A stretch of DNA of 56,164 bases from a virus (taxonomy: Duplodnaviria; Caudoviricetes): IMG/VR virus record IMGVR_UViG_3300010206_000038, positions 1 through 56,164 of that record. One strand, written 5' to 3'. The translations under genes and the position numbers were made by a program. Under the pieces are notes generated by a model. It searched no databases and had not been told where the DNA came from. It saw nothing but the letters and a program-made list of their open reading frames with translations. Positions 17,243 to 25,699 of the stretch are shown here, piece after piece. Each line of letters begins with the position of its first letter. The first letter of the stretch is position 1.

Positions 17243-17610
17243 GTGAAGAGTCCTCCTCGCCCGGCGAGATCCTCTCGTTCTCGCAATTCGTGGCGAACCT
17301 CGACGAGGGAAGCCTCCACCACGACCTGTCGGAGGCCCTGACCGAGATCGTCGCCAAGCTGAATGACGCTCGCCAAGGCGGCACCAACAAGCCGAAGGCC
17401 GGAATGACGATCAAGCTGGCCTTCCAGCTTGACGGCCAGACCATCGACGTCATCGGCGACTTCGACGTGAAAACCCCGAAGATCAAGCGCGAACGGTCGG
17501 TGTTCTGGACCACCAGCAAGAACCGCCTGTCTCGCAACAACCCCAAGCAACAGAACCTGCCGTTCAAGGATGTCACCGGCGAGCGCCGTGATTCCGTGAA
17601 GGCCGTTTGA
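17239..17610 (+). CDS. Conserved phage protein that precedes DUF2303
   Basis: F...L..G.L..DLS..L and F.TT..N.LSR.NP.Q..L motifs. Confidence 0.8.
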   Translation: MSEESSSPGEILSFSQFVANLDEGSLHHDLSEALTEIVAKLNDARQGGTNKPKAGMTIKLAFQLDGQTIDVIGDFDVKTPKIKRERSVFWTTSKNRLSRNNPKQQNLPFKDVTGERRDSVKAV

Positions 17611-17621
17611 GGAGAACGACC

Positions 17622-18644
17622 GTGTCTGCTGAAACCGAATTCAACACCAACACTGCCCAGGTCGTCGCCGATCTGGTGAGAACCCACATCGCCCCGGTCC
17701 GGATTGACCTGAAGCACCCGACCGACGGCACCACCGCCCCGGTGGTGATCCTTCCGCTTGCCGATGGCGGCTTGTCCATCAATCCCATCGACAAACTGTT
17801 CGACGCCTATCGCGAAAATCCGCAGCGCCGCGAAGGCACGGCCGTCATGAAGGATATCGACTCCTTCATCGCCCATGTGAACCGCTTTAAGACCGACGAG
17901 TCGGCCCTGTTCGCCGATCCCAGCAAGACCGCCCCCGCTTTGCTGGCGGTGATCGATTATCACGAGCGGGTGAACCTTCCGCGCCCGGCCGTGATTTCCG
18001 ATGACGGGGAAGTCATCACGCCGGTGGCCGACGATTGCGATTTTCAGGCGCTGCCTCAGTTCGGCAGGCACCGCACCAGCTATAAATTCCCGCTGTCGCC
18101 CGAATGGCAGGCATGGAGCGGCCAGAACGGCAAGGCGATGAGCCAGACCGACTTCGCCGCCTTCATCGAGGAGCGCATCCTCGACATCCTGGCCGCGCCG
18201 ACTTTCCAGGGCGATCTGTCCGAGCAGGACAAGAAGCTGAAGCGGTTGAGCGACCTCCTGAACGGCAATTTCGCCAGCCCCGAAAAGATGATGGCCCTTT
18301 CGCGCGGTCTCGCAATCTTCGAGAGCGCCCGAGTCATCAACGCCACGAATATCAATTCCGGCGAAGGCGTGGTGACATTCGAAGAGGAGCATCAGGACAG
18401 CGAAGGCAAGAAGCTGGTGGTGCCCAACCTTTTCTGCCTGGGGATCCCGGTGTTCGACGGCGGCGACGCCTACCGCGTCGTGGTCCGGCTGCGGTACCGC
18501 AAGCAGGGCGCGGCGATCGTCTGGTTCTATGACCTCTATCGCCATGACGAGGTGTTCGAGGATGCCTTCAAAGGGGCCTGCGTCATAGCGGCCGAAGGAA
18601 CCGGCCTGCCGCTGTTTGTCGGCGCCCCCGAAGTGGCGGCTTGA
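17622..18644 (+). CDS. DUF2303 (YfdQ-like) protein
   Basis: SFIAHVNRF, AVIDYH, SPEWQAW, MSQTDFAAFIE and LGIPVF motifs. Confidence 0.88.
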   Translation: MSAETEFNTNTAQVVADLVRTHIAPVRIDLKHPTDGTTAPVVILPLADGGLSINPIDKLFDAYRENPQRREGTAVMKDIDSFIAHVNRFKTDESALFADPSKTAPALLAVIDYHERVNLPRPAVISDDGEVITPVADDCDFQALPQFGRHRTSYKFPLSPEWQAWSGQNGKAMSQTDFAAFIEERILDILAAPTFQGDLSEQDKKLKRLSDLLNGNFASPEKMMALSRGLAIFESARVINATNINSGEGVVTFEEEHQDSEGKKLVVPNLFCLGIPVFDGGDAYRVVVRLRYRKQGAAIVWFYDLYRHDEVFEDAFKGACVIAAEGTGLPLFVGAPEVAA

Positions 18645-18898
18645 TCGTGAGCGCCGCCGCCATCATCCAGGCAGTGATCGACGCCCGGGCGCTGCCGGTA
18701 ATGCTGGCGGCGGCGCGTGCCGACCGGAGGATTGGGCGCACAGAGCTTGCGCGCGCACTCGACTGCGCCCGCATGACGCTCTGGCGCTGGGAGCGTGGGG
18801 ACACGACACCGAGCAGCGTCGAATTGTTCTGCTGGGCTGCCGCTCTCGGAATCAAATTGGGCGTAACAGATACTGTTACGGTCGGGGGTGAGGCATGA
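18641..18898 (+). CDS. XRE-type HTH protein
   Basis: ELARALDCARMTLWRWERGDTTP. Confidence 0.75.
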   Translation: MIVSAAAIIQAVIDARALPVMLAAARADRRIGRTELARALDCARMTLWRWERGDTTPSSVELFCWAAALGIKLGVTDTVTVGGEA

Positions 18899-19284
18899 GA
18901 CACCCCGAAGACGACCTCCAGGCCACCGTTATCTCCACGCTTCGGCTGTCGCCCGATCTGCGCGTGGTCCACGTCCCGAACGGCGGTAAGCGGAACAAGC
19001 GTGAGGCCGCGCGGCTGAAGGGTTTGGGTGTTCGCGCTGGGTTTCCCGACCTGATCGTGCTGTGGCATCCCCGCGGCATTGCCCTCATTGAATTGAAGGC
19101 TCCGGGATTGGTCACCGGAAAGAAGCGACCTCTGGCAGCGCTCTCGCCCGAGCAACTCGCTTGGTATGACTGGCTTCAGACCAACGAATTTCCCGTCACT
19201 GTGTGCGATTCGATCGAGGGCGTCGAGGCATTCCTCCGCTCGGTCGGTGCGCCGGTGCGGACCAGAACGGGGGTGGCGGCATAA
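18895..19284 (+). CDS. VRR-NUC domain nuclease
   Basis: EDDLQ, HVPNGG, GVRAGFPDL, IELKA and LSPEQ motifs. Confidence 0.9.
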   Translation: MRHPEDDLQATVISTLRLSPDLRVVHVPNGGKRNKREAARLKGLGVRAGFPDLIVLWHPRGIALIELKAPGLVTGKKRPLAALSPEQLAWYDWLQTNEFPVTVCDSIEGVEAFLRSVGAPVRTRTGVAA

Positions 19285-19538
19285 TGGCCCACATTCACCT
19301 CGCGCCCGACGGACTCGGGATACGGGATGCCATCCTTTGGTGCATTGATCGTCACGGCGGCGGTGGGACGTGGACACCCGTCATTGCCAACATGTTGAAC
19401 ATGCAAGCGTATTTCTCTCGTCCGTTCAAGGTCAACACCGCCGACGTCCGGCGGGAACTTCGACGCATGGAGAGGGATGGGGTTGTGATATCTGCCCCGA
19501 CCTGCTCCCGGCTCTATCTCGCATGGAGGCGCGCATGA
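19284..19538 (+). CDS. Small winged-helix-like protein
   Basis: TADVRRELRRMERDGVV; coupled start/stop. Confidence 0.6.
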   Translation: MAHIHLAPDGLGIRDAILWCIDRHGGGGTWTPVIANMLNMQAYFSRPFKVNTADVRRELRRMERDGVVISAPTCSRLYLAWRRA

Positions 19539-19726
19539 CCGCCTTCTCCGCCGGAATGCTACGTGCCGCCGAAATCCTCCGCGAGATGGCCGCCAAGGCC
19601 GCCGTTGATGAGCCGTCAGCCGGGGCGCGGCCCCTCTGCCTCACTCATGCTGCCGAGCAAATCGAGCGCGAGTCCCATAAGCCGCAGCCCCGATCTGACG
19701 GGCCGCTGTTCGGGGGTGGGAGATGA
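19535..19726 (+). CDS. Small hypothetical protein
   Basis: GGAGG RBS; ATGA overlaps at both ends. Confidence 0.55.
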   Translation: MTAFSAGMLRAAEILREMAAKAAVDEPSAGARPLCLTHAAEQIERESHKPQPRSDGPLFGGGR

Positions 19727-20649
19727 CCGTCAAAATCCTCATCGGCGACGTGCTGGCCCGGCTTGCTGATCTGCCTTCCGACTCGGTGCATTGCGTCATC
19801 ACCAGCCCGCCGTATTGGGGGCTGCGAGACTATGGGGTTCCCGGACAGATCGGGCTGGAGGAAACGCCGAAGGCTTATGTGGAGCGTCTAGCAGGCGTGT
19901 TCCGCGAGGTGCGCCGCGTGCTGGCCGATGACGGGACACTATGGCTGAATATCGGAGATAGCTACGCCACTGACAGTAAATGGGGCGGAGCAACCAGTGG
20001 GAAAGCCGTGAAAGCAATCCACGGATCTGCTGGCGGCGGTCGAAATAAAACGATCACAGGGCTACCAGACAAAAATTTGGTCGGGATACCGTGGAGAATT
20101 GCTTTTGCCCTTCAGGCTGACGGATGGATTCTGCGCCAGGACATCATTTGGCACAAACCGAACCCGATGCCGGAGAGCGTGCGCGACCGCTGCACGAAGT
20201 CTCACGAGTACGTGTTCCTGCTGACGAAGTCGGGGAGGTATTTCTTTGACAGTAAGGCGATGAAAGAAGACGCAGTAAAGGGCGCGGCGAGATCCTCGTT
20301 CAACACTGGAAAAACAGCCTTACACCAGATGGGACGCAGCGGTACACCCGGGCGCACCGAGGATGGTAAGCGCAATCGCCGCTCCGTATGGACCGTGCCT
20401 ACCCGCCCCTACAAGGGCGCCCACTTCGCCACATTTCCGCCTGCACTGGTCGAACCGTGCGTCCTGGCCGGCAGTCGCCCCGGAGATACGGTTCTCGACC
20501 CATTTGGGGGCGCCGGAACTACAGGGCTAGTGGCAAATTCCACGGGGCGCCACGCCGTCCTAATCGAACTTAACCCGGCTTATGCTGAGATTGCTCGGGC
20601 GCGGATCGAGGCTGACAGCACCCTTTTTTCCTCCGTCGAGGTGGCGTGA
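19723..20649 (+). CDS. Orphan N4-cytosine/N6-adenine DNA methyltransferase (beta class)
   Basis: TSPPYW motif IV near the N-terminus; HFATFP and VLDPFGGAGTT motif I near the C-terminus. Confidence 0.93.
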   Translation: MTVKILIGDVLARLADLPSDSVHCVITSPPYWGLRDYGVPGQIGLEETPKAYVERLAGVFREVRRVLADDGTLWLNIGDSYATDSKWGGATSGKAVKAIHGSAGGGRNKTITGLPDKNLVGIPWRIAFALQADGWILRQDIIWHKPNPMPESVRDRCTKSHEYVFLLTKSGRYFFDSKAMKEDAVKGAARSSFNTGKTALHQMGRSGTPGRTEDGKRNRRSVWTVPTRPYKGAHFATFPPALVEPCVLAGSRPGDTVLDPFGGAGTTGLVANSTGRHAVLIELNPAYAEIARARIEADSTLFSSVEVA

Positions 20650-20984
20650 TGACCGGCCACCTCGTCCAGCACTGCGACGAAGACCCCGCCGCCCAGCTTG
20701 AGGCCGAGGGCTGGACCATCGACCGCAATGCCCTTGCCCACACCCACCACGGACATTACCGGCCCCACTATGCGTGGCGGCTGATCGAGACGAGCGGCGC
20801 CGAGCCGGGTCAACAACAGGAGTCTGCCGACACCCCGCCCGGCATTCTCACCGGCGCCGCTCTACCTCCCCTCGTCCCTCCGGAAGATGTTTCCGCGGCG
20901 ATCGCGTGCCTGGCGCGCAATGAGCGCTGCCCCGTGGCGACGTACTGCCGCCCGGAGATATGCCGGAAGCGGGGTGGGAGATGA
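20646..20984 (+). CDS. Hypothetical protein
   Basis: Coupled ORF. Confidence 0.55.
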   Translation: MMTGHLVQHCDEDPAAQLEAEGWTIDRNALAHTHHGHYRPHYAWRLIETSGAEPGQQQESADTPPGILTGAALPPLVPPEDVSAAIACLARNERCPVATYCRPEICRKRGGR

Positions 20985-21610
20985 TCGCGGCCCTGTATGT
21001 CGAGAGCGATGGCGCCTATTTCGGCCTTCATGGAGTCGATCCCTGGGACGAGGATCGGGACGCCCGCCGCTATGCCGGTCCCTGGCCTGTGGTCGCGCAT
21101 CCGCCGTGCCAGCGCTGGGGAAGATATTGGCACGGCGCACCCTGCAAGCCGCATCAGTATGAGCTTGGCGCCGACGACGGCTGCTTTGCTTCTGCATTGG
21201 CTTCCGTCCGTCGCTGGGGCGGCGTTCTGGAGCATCCGGCCCATTCGCACGCCTGGAAGCACTTCGGTCTCACGCCCCCGCCGAAGTCAGGTGGATGGGT
21301 CTCGGCCGATTTCGCCGGCGGGTGGACATGCCACGTCGAGCAAGGGCATTACGGCCATATCTCGCGCAAGGCGACTTGGTTGTATGCCTGCGGCGTCGAT
21401 CTGCCGCCACTGATATGGGGACCGTCTGAGCAGCGCATCCACCCCCGCGCGCTCGAACTGCATGGCTACGAGAAGGCCAGGCGCATCGGGATGATGGCGA
21501 TGGTCGGCGGCAAGGATAAAACCCGCATCCGCAACGCCTCGCCGCCAGCCTTTCGCGATCTGCTGCTGTCGATCGCCACAACAGCCGCCCGCAGCGAGGC
21601 CGCAGAATGA
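20981..21610 (+). CDS. Divergent C5-cytosine-methyltransferase-like protein
   Basis: AHPPC (motif IV-like), VLEHP (VI-like) and YGH..RKATWLY (VIII-like); no FxGxG. Confidence 0.7.
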   Translation: MIAALYVESDGAYFGLHGVDPWDEDRDARRYAGPWPVVAHPPCQRWGRYWHGAPCKPHQYELGADDGCFASALASVRRWGGVLEHPAHSHAWKHFGLTPPPKSGGWVSADFAGGWTCHVEQGHYGHISRKATWLYACGVDLPPLIWGPSEQRIHPRALELHGYEKARRIGMMAMVGGKDKTRIRNASPPAFRDLLLSIATTAARSEAAE

Positions 21611-21789
21611 CCCCGCGCCGCGTCCGCATCGTCACCGTCCCAGGCCCCTTCATTCGCGCCGAGGTGCGCGCGCTTGAGCCGTGGACCGATCCGAACACCC
21701 GCGAACGCACCGATTACATTGTCGGATTCACGACGGCCGAGAACGCCCGGAAGTGGGTAGAGCGGCAGGGCTGGGAGGTGGCGGGATGA
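21607..21789 (+). CDS. Small hypothetical protein
   Basis: ATGA overlaps at both ends. Confidence 0.55.
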   Translation: MTPRRVRIVTVPGPFIRAEVRALEPWTDPNTRERTDYIVGFTTAENARKWVERQGWEVAG

Positions 21790-22367
21790 GCGGCCACTAC
21801 CGGATGCACCGCGGCTGGATGGATAACCCGGTTTTTGGCCGGGAGCCATACACCCGCGCCCAGGCGTGGTGCTGGCTGATTGAGCGCGCCGCATGGAAAG
21901 ACGGCGCAATCCAACCAGTGGGGAGACACAACGTCCGCGTCCAGAGGGGGCAGATCGCCGTCGCTGTCCGCTACCTCGCAGAGGCTTGGCAGTGGAGCAA
22001 GTCCACCGTCGACCGATTCCTGACCCGACTCGAAACCGGGACGATGATTAGGACGGAAGCTGGGACACAATACAGCGTCATAAGTATCTGCAATTACGAC
22101 AAATATCAGGCTGACGCAGATTTCAGCGGGACGCAAGTTGGGACAGACGACGGGACACGAGTGGGACACGAGTGGGACAAAGAAGAAAGAAGGAAAGAAG
22201 GTAAGAAAGATACTACTGCTGTTGACGCGCGCGTGCCTGATGCCGTTCGGCAGCGCACCGCCCCGATGCCGGATGCCGTCTCCGGCCGGGCCGCCGCACA
22301 ACCTCACCCGAAATCCGCCGCCGCCGCATTTGACCGGCTGCAAGCCGAACTCGCGAGGACCGCATGA
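21786..22367 (+). CDS. Phage replication initiator (wHTH, O-like)
   Basis: QAWCWLIERA, RGQ....RYLAEAWQWSKSTVDRFL and ISICNYDKYQ motifs; internal iterons. Confidence 0.85.
   Translation: MSGHYRMHRGWMDNPVFGREPYTRAQAWCWLIERAAWKDGAIQPVGRHNVRVQRGQIAVAVRYLAEAWQWSKSTVDRFLTRLETGTMIRTEAGTQYSVISICNYDKYQADADFSGTQVGTDDGTRVGHEWDKEERRKEGKKDTTAVDARVPDAVRQRTAPMPDAVSGRAAAQPHPKSAAAAFDRLQAELARTA
22128..22210 (+). repeat. Probable replication origin: GGGAC iterons plus purine-rich tract
   Basis: GGGAC at 22128, 22140, 22152, 22163 and 22174 (11-12 bp period; more at 22038 and 22062), then an A/G-rich tract, inside the initiator gene as in lambda O. Confidence 0.75.
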
Positions 22368-23032
22368 ACGCCATTGCCACCCATCGACCCCGCACGCCGG
22401 TTGCTGTGCGCCACGCTGTTGCGCTGTCTCGGGATATCTCCGGCGGCATCGTGATTGCCGACAACGACCCGCTGATCCCGATTGATGATTGCCAAGCCAT
22501 CGCCGCCGAGATGCGCGCGGCGCTTGAGCCAGCACCGGCAGATCAGGCCTTAAAGCACGCACGGCTGATCGTCGCGGCCTATGGCGGTCAGAAGCCCGAC
22601 GATCCTGACGCCTATGTCCGGCTCATCACGATGGCCGTGGCCCAATGCCCGCCCGACCTGCTGTCTCGTCTGGTCGATGAGGTGACGCGCCGCCATGCCC
22701 GGTTCCTGCCGAGCAAGGGTGAGGTCGAGACGGTGGTATCCGATCTGCGCCGCCGTCGGGTGGGGGCGCTGGCAACAGCCGAGGCGCACCTGAAGGCCCA
22801 TGCCAAGCGGGAAGCCGCACGGCCAGTCAGCACGCCGGAGGAGCGTGAAGCGACGCTGGCCAGGATGCGTGAGCGGTGCCCCGAAGTGTTCGGGCTGGCC
22901 GATGTGGTCAAGCCGATCCCTGGCACGGTGCGCGGTGCCAGCGGGAGGACGTCGGGCCGGGACGACGTGAGCGACGCTGATATCCCGAGGTTACGGGCTG
23001 CGGCACTGGCCGCGTTGCATGCGGCCAGTTGA
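22364..23032 (+). CDS. Replication-associated hypothetical protein (helicase-loader position)
   Basis: Follows the initiator; RFLPS..E motif. Confidence 0.65.
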   Translation: MNAIATHRPRTPVAVRHAVALSRDISGGIVIADNDPLIPIDDCQAIAAEMRAALEPAPADQALKHARLIVAAYGGQKPDDPDAYVRLITMAVAQCPPDLLSRLVDEVTRRHARFLPSKGEVETVVSDLRRRRVGALATAEAHLKAHAKREAARPVSTPEEREATLARMRERCPEVFGLADVVKPIPGTVRGASGRTSGRDDVSDADIPRLRAAALAALHAAS

Positions 23033-23249
23033 CCCCGCCAGCCTCATCCGGCCCGGCGCGATCTGGCAACCCGGGGCCTGGACACCAGCCCGATGCGAGT
23101 TGTGGCGGCAAATGGGCCAGGAAGACCGGGCGAGGTTGGAACGATGGGTAACGGCGGAACACGACAGGGGACGGTGCCACCTAATCCAATTGCCACGTGA
23201 AACGGCGGGAAACAGCACCACCATCGACGAAAGGGACGTTTTACCATGA
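23019..23249 (+). CDS. Hypothetical protein
   Basis: Overlapping ORF within the operon. Confidence 0.45.
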   Translation: MRPVDPASLIRPGAIWQPGAWTPARCELWRQMGQEDRARLERWVTAEHDRGRCHLIQLPRETAGNSTTIDERDVLP

Positions 23250-23313
23250 CCGCGACACCAGACAGGACAAAACGGCCTCCAGCGGGCCGGAAAACAAGAA
23301 GGCCGTTGATGAG

Positions 23314-23571
23314 ATGATCGAGAATGCGGCGCAAGATCTTATTGGGATTGAGGTGCCGTACTTGTGGGCTGATGGGGCAAAAGCGGCCCTCTCCTCCCTC
23401 GGCCTCCCGCTTGAAACGCTGGCCGCACTCAAGGTAGGGACGATGGTGGCGGTTCCTGTCGATCCAACGCTGGAGATGGTCGCCAAGGGCGAAGCTTCTC
23501 ATGCTCACGGTGGTGGTGCAGTTGCGATCTTTGACGCCATGATCTCCTCCGCCCCGAAGGTGCCGGAATGA
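23314..23571 (+). CDS. Hypothetical protein
   Basis: VPVDPT.EM...AMI..AP motif common in phage early genes; start uncertain. Confidence 0.55.
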   Translation: MIENAAQDLIGIEVPYLWADGAKAALSSLGLPLETLAALKVGTMVAVPVDPTLEMVAKGEASHAHGGGAVAIFDAMISSAPKVPE

Positions 23572-23789
23572 GCAATAAGCGAACCACAAGACCGCTCGTG
23601 TTTTACCGACCGGACGGCGAGGGCGGGGTTGAGCAACTGGTGTCATTCCCTGGCGACACCGATCTGGCCGATGTGGTCCGGAAAATGCCGCCGCTTATGG
23701 CGCCGGAGATCGGGCGACAGTTAATCGCCTATGCCGTCGAGGCGATACGGACAAAAGGCCCCGTTATGTGGGAGGGCCTCGGGAAATGA
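23568..23789 (+). CDS. Hypothetical protein
   Basis: ATGA-coupled ORF. Confidence 0.55.
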   Translation: MSNKRTTRPLVFYRPDGEGGVEQLVSFPGDTDLADVVRKMPPLMAPEIGRQLIAYAVEAIRTKGPVMWEGLGK

Positions 23790-23983
23790 TGCACATCCCT
23801 TCCCGCCTCGATTGTCACGTCACCTCATGGACGCCCCGGCCATGGATGGCGCTTGACCGGATGCTGCATGCTCGCGGGCTGCCGATGAACAACCAGGTCG
23901 CTGAATGCCGGGCGCATCCGGACGGCGACCACGCTACCCACCAGGGCGGATGCTGCGAGGGCTGCGCGAGGCTGCCGAAATGA
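23786..23983 (+). CDS. Small Cys/His protein
   Basis: ATGA-coupled; GGAGG RBS. Confidence 0.5.
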   Translation: MMHIPSRLDCHVTSWTPRPWMALDRMLHARGLPMNNQVAECRAHPDGDHATHQGGCCEGCARLPK

Positions 23984-24204
23984 ACCGCCTCGTGTCGTCG
24001 ATCTACGGACGCGCCCCGACCGACCCACTCACCGAGGCGCAGCAGGACGAACTGGCCAGGGCCGCATGGCGATCCGGGGCTGATCTGGTTGCGATTCGGC
24101 TGTCGGCAGTACGCGACGATTGGACGCGGCAAGCGCTGGTCAACGAGGCGACGCGGCAACACGGGGCACGGAAGAAATTTGCAGAACGGAAGGATAGAAA
24201 ATGA
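23980..24204 (+). CDS. Hypothetical protein
   Basis: ATGA-coupled ORF. Confidence 0.55.
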   Translation: MNRLVSSIYGRAPTDPLTEAQQDELARAAWRSGADLVAIRLSAVRDDWTRQALVNEATRQHGARKKFAERKDRK

Positions 24205-24854
24205 GCAGACGAGCGGCATCAAATATCCCCGATGAATGGCGCGGGAATATCGCCGACAACATCCTTCCTCAACAAAAAGACGAGACGACTCATGAATGGT
24301 ACGAACGAGTCATCGCGGCTGAAATTGCCCGCTCCCGCAAAGTTGACGAGTTCTATCGGTCCAAAGACCGCCGCAGGGTGAAGACGGCTGACGTGGCAGA
24401 GCCGATCGATTGGCAGCGCGCCAATGGGCAGTTGGCGAAGGAGGATGTTGTCGGCTGGGAGCGTAATGTTAAGGGCGGATTCAGCGCATACAGGTCGAGG
24501 GCATTCCGGAGATCGTCAGAACGGTGGTTTGGCAGGCTCAACGCCATACACCAGCAAGCCGTGGATCGTATCAGGGCCGCATTTGAGGCTGCTGTCGGCC
24601 CCGTTCGCCCGCGTGTCGCGGCCCTCGAAGGTGCGGGTCGAAAGGGCGTGTTTGCCCGATGCGAGGCCGAGAGGCGACTGACCATGGCCGACCGATACTG
24701 GCGATGGAGCCGAATGGCCGATGAGGTCACCATTCTGGTGCTGTGCCACGGTGTGAGCGTACGGGAGGCGCAGGTAATCGCTCAGCGCCGGCAGAGTTCC
24801 GCCGAGGAAATTATTCAAGGTGATCTCGACCGATGGACAACGCTGTTCGGTTGA
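24201..24854 (+). CDS. Late-gene regulator, putative Q-like antiterminator
   Basis: Last early gene; C-terminal HTH-like segment; followed at once by a pR'-like promoter and terminator. Confidence 0.6.
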   Translation: MSRRAASNIPDEWRGNIADNILPQQKDETTHEWYERVIAAEIARSRKVDEFYRSKDRRRVKTADVAEPIDWQRANGQLAKEDVVGWERNVKGGFSAYRSRAFRRSSERWFGRLNAIHQQAVDRIRAAFEAAVGPVRPRVAALEGAGRKGVFARCEAERRLTMADRYWRWSRMADEVTILVLCHGVSVREAQVIAQRRQSSAEEIIQGDLDRWTTLFG

Positions 24855-24891
24855 CCGGGCGCGGTTAACGAGGTAGATTGTCCATAATGAT
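24851..24891 (+). promoter_or_regulatory. pR'-like late promoter with sigma-pause-like element
   Basis: TTGACC-N17-TAGATT, then AATGAT at predicted +1..+6. Confidence 0.7.
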
Positions 24892-24897
24892 TTTGTT

Positions 24898-24933
24898 GCG
24901 CCCGCCGGGAGACCGAGCGGGCGCTTCTCGTTT
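24898..24933 (+). terminator. tR'-like terminator
   Basis: GCGCCCGC...GCGGGCGC stem followed by TTCTCGTTT. Confidence 0.7.
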
Positions 24934-25145
24934 CAAGCTTCATATCCCCAGGGTGATAGTCCGTGCGACAGCGCGGCACAGGCTAGGGCAACTGTCTTTG
25001 GGATATCTACCGGCCTCCCGTCGTCCCTGCGCCGGCCCGCCTCGTACAGTTCGACGCTTGATTTGCTAATCCCGAGAGCCTCTGCCGCTGCGGCCTGTGA
25101 GAGCTTCCGCCCTTTGCGCCATCCCTTGAATTGCTCTGGTGTCAT
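24933..25145 (-). CDS. Small XRE HTH regulator
   Basis: MTPEQFKGWRK...LSQAAAAEALGISKSSVELYEAG. Confidence 0.88.
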   Translation of the reverse strand: MTPEQFKGWRKGRKLSQAAAAEALGISKSSVELYEAGRRRDDGRPVDIPKTVALACAALSHGLSPWGYEA

Positions 25146-25223
25146 CGCCTACAATCTCCATCCGGAGGTGACGCGGTTTTCTTCTCCTGTGGCGGGGCCG
25201 GTTTCCCTACCCCGCTTTCCCGG

Positions 25224-25292
25224 TTAGTTAGCTGTCTGAGTTCCGGCCAAGAAAATCAGGACAACCAACGTCGCCAGTTTCAGGAGCTTCAT
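25224..25292 (-). CDS. 22-aa hydrophobic peptide MKLLKLATLVVLIFLAGTQTAN (type I toxin-like)
   Basis: Very strong RBS AAAGGAGGTGA; single TM-like helix; translated by hand. Confidence 0.65.
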   Translation of the reverse strand: MKLLKLATLVVLIFLAGTQTAN

Positions 25293-25345
25293 TCCGCGTC
25301 ACCTCCTTTCGGTTTGTCCTCGGGATTATCCCCGCTGACAAAGAA

Positions 25346-25397
25346 ACAATATCGTACTTAGTACGAACGGTCGAGCCTTAATTCGTACTAAGTGCGA
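25346..25397 (-). promoter_or_regulatory. Promoter with two palindromic operators TCGTAC-N3-GTRCGA
   Basis: Palindromes at 25352-25366 and 25383-25397; the first fills the spacer of TCGACC-N17-TATTGT on the minus strand. Confidence 0.7.
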
Positions 25398-25457
25398 TAT
25401 TATACCCGGAGCATTGCCGTGTCGGCCCCAGCAGGGCCAGCGGGCGGAACTAATGCA

Positions 25458-25537
25458 CGGTGTGTAGCTCACAGCCAGGCCAGAGCATCGCGTTTGGGAC
25501 GCGAGGGCCGGCGGTTCAAATCCGTCCATACCGACCA
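25458..25537 (+). tRNA. tRNA-Pro(TGG)
   Basis: Cloverleaf: CGGTGTG/CATACCG acceptor, TCGCG-TTTGGGA-CGCGA anticodon arm, GGTTCAAATCC T-arm, CCA end. Confidence 0.9.
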
Positions 25538-25538
25538 C

Positions 25539-25614
25539 GGGGCCTTAGCTCAGATGGGAGAGCACCGCGCTTGCATCGCGAAGGTCGCCGGTTCGAGGCC
25601 GGCAGGCTCCACCA
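25539..25614 (+). tRNA. tRNA-Ala(TGC)
   Basis: GGGGCCT/AGGCTCC acceptor with G3:U70; CT-TGC-AT loop; CCA end. Confidence 0.9.
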
Positions 25615-25618
25615 ATTC

Positions 25619-25694
25619 GCCGCCTTAGCTCATCGGGTAGAGCGGCCGCCTTGTAAGCGGCAGGCGCGGGGATCGTGACCCCGAGGCGGCTCCA
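25619..25694 (+). tRNA. tRNA-Thr(TGT)
   Basis: GCCGCCT/AGGCGGC acceptor; GCCGC-CTTGTAA-GCGGC arm; atypical T-loop ATCGTGA; CCA end. Confidence 0.85.
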
Positions 25695-25699
25695 ATTTC

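Noticed and set aside
17217-18545. Long antisense ORFs (442 aa here; also 29949-31118, 38905-39789, 54938-56053 and 2041-2898)
   Set aside because: Shadow frames of well-supported genes in GC-rich DNA; no motifs or RBS
22128-22179. Short repeat array as a mini-CRISPR
   Set aside because: 11-12 bp period, no spacers, and located inside the initiator gene; fits iterons
25310-25340. TTATCCCCGCTG resembles part of a type I-E CRISPR repeat (possible RNA anti-CRISPR upstream of an Aca-like HTH)
   Set aside because: Only 12 nt match, the other arm of the repeat hairpin is missing, and it is a single copy; more simply a leader hairpin
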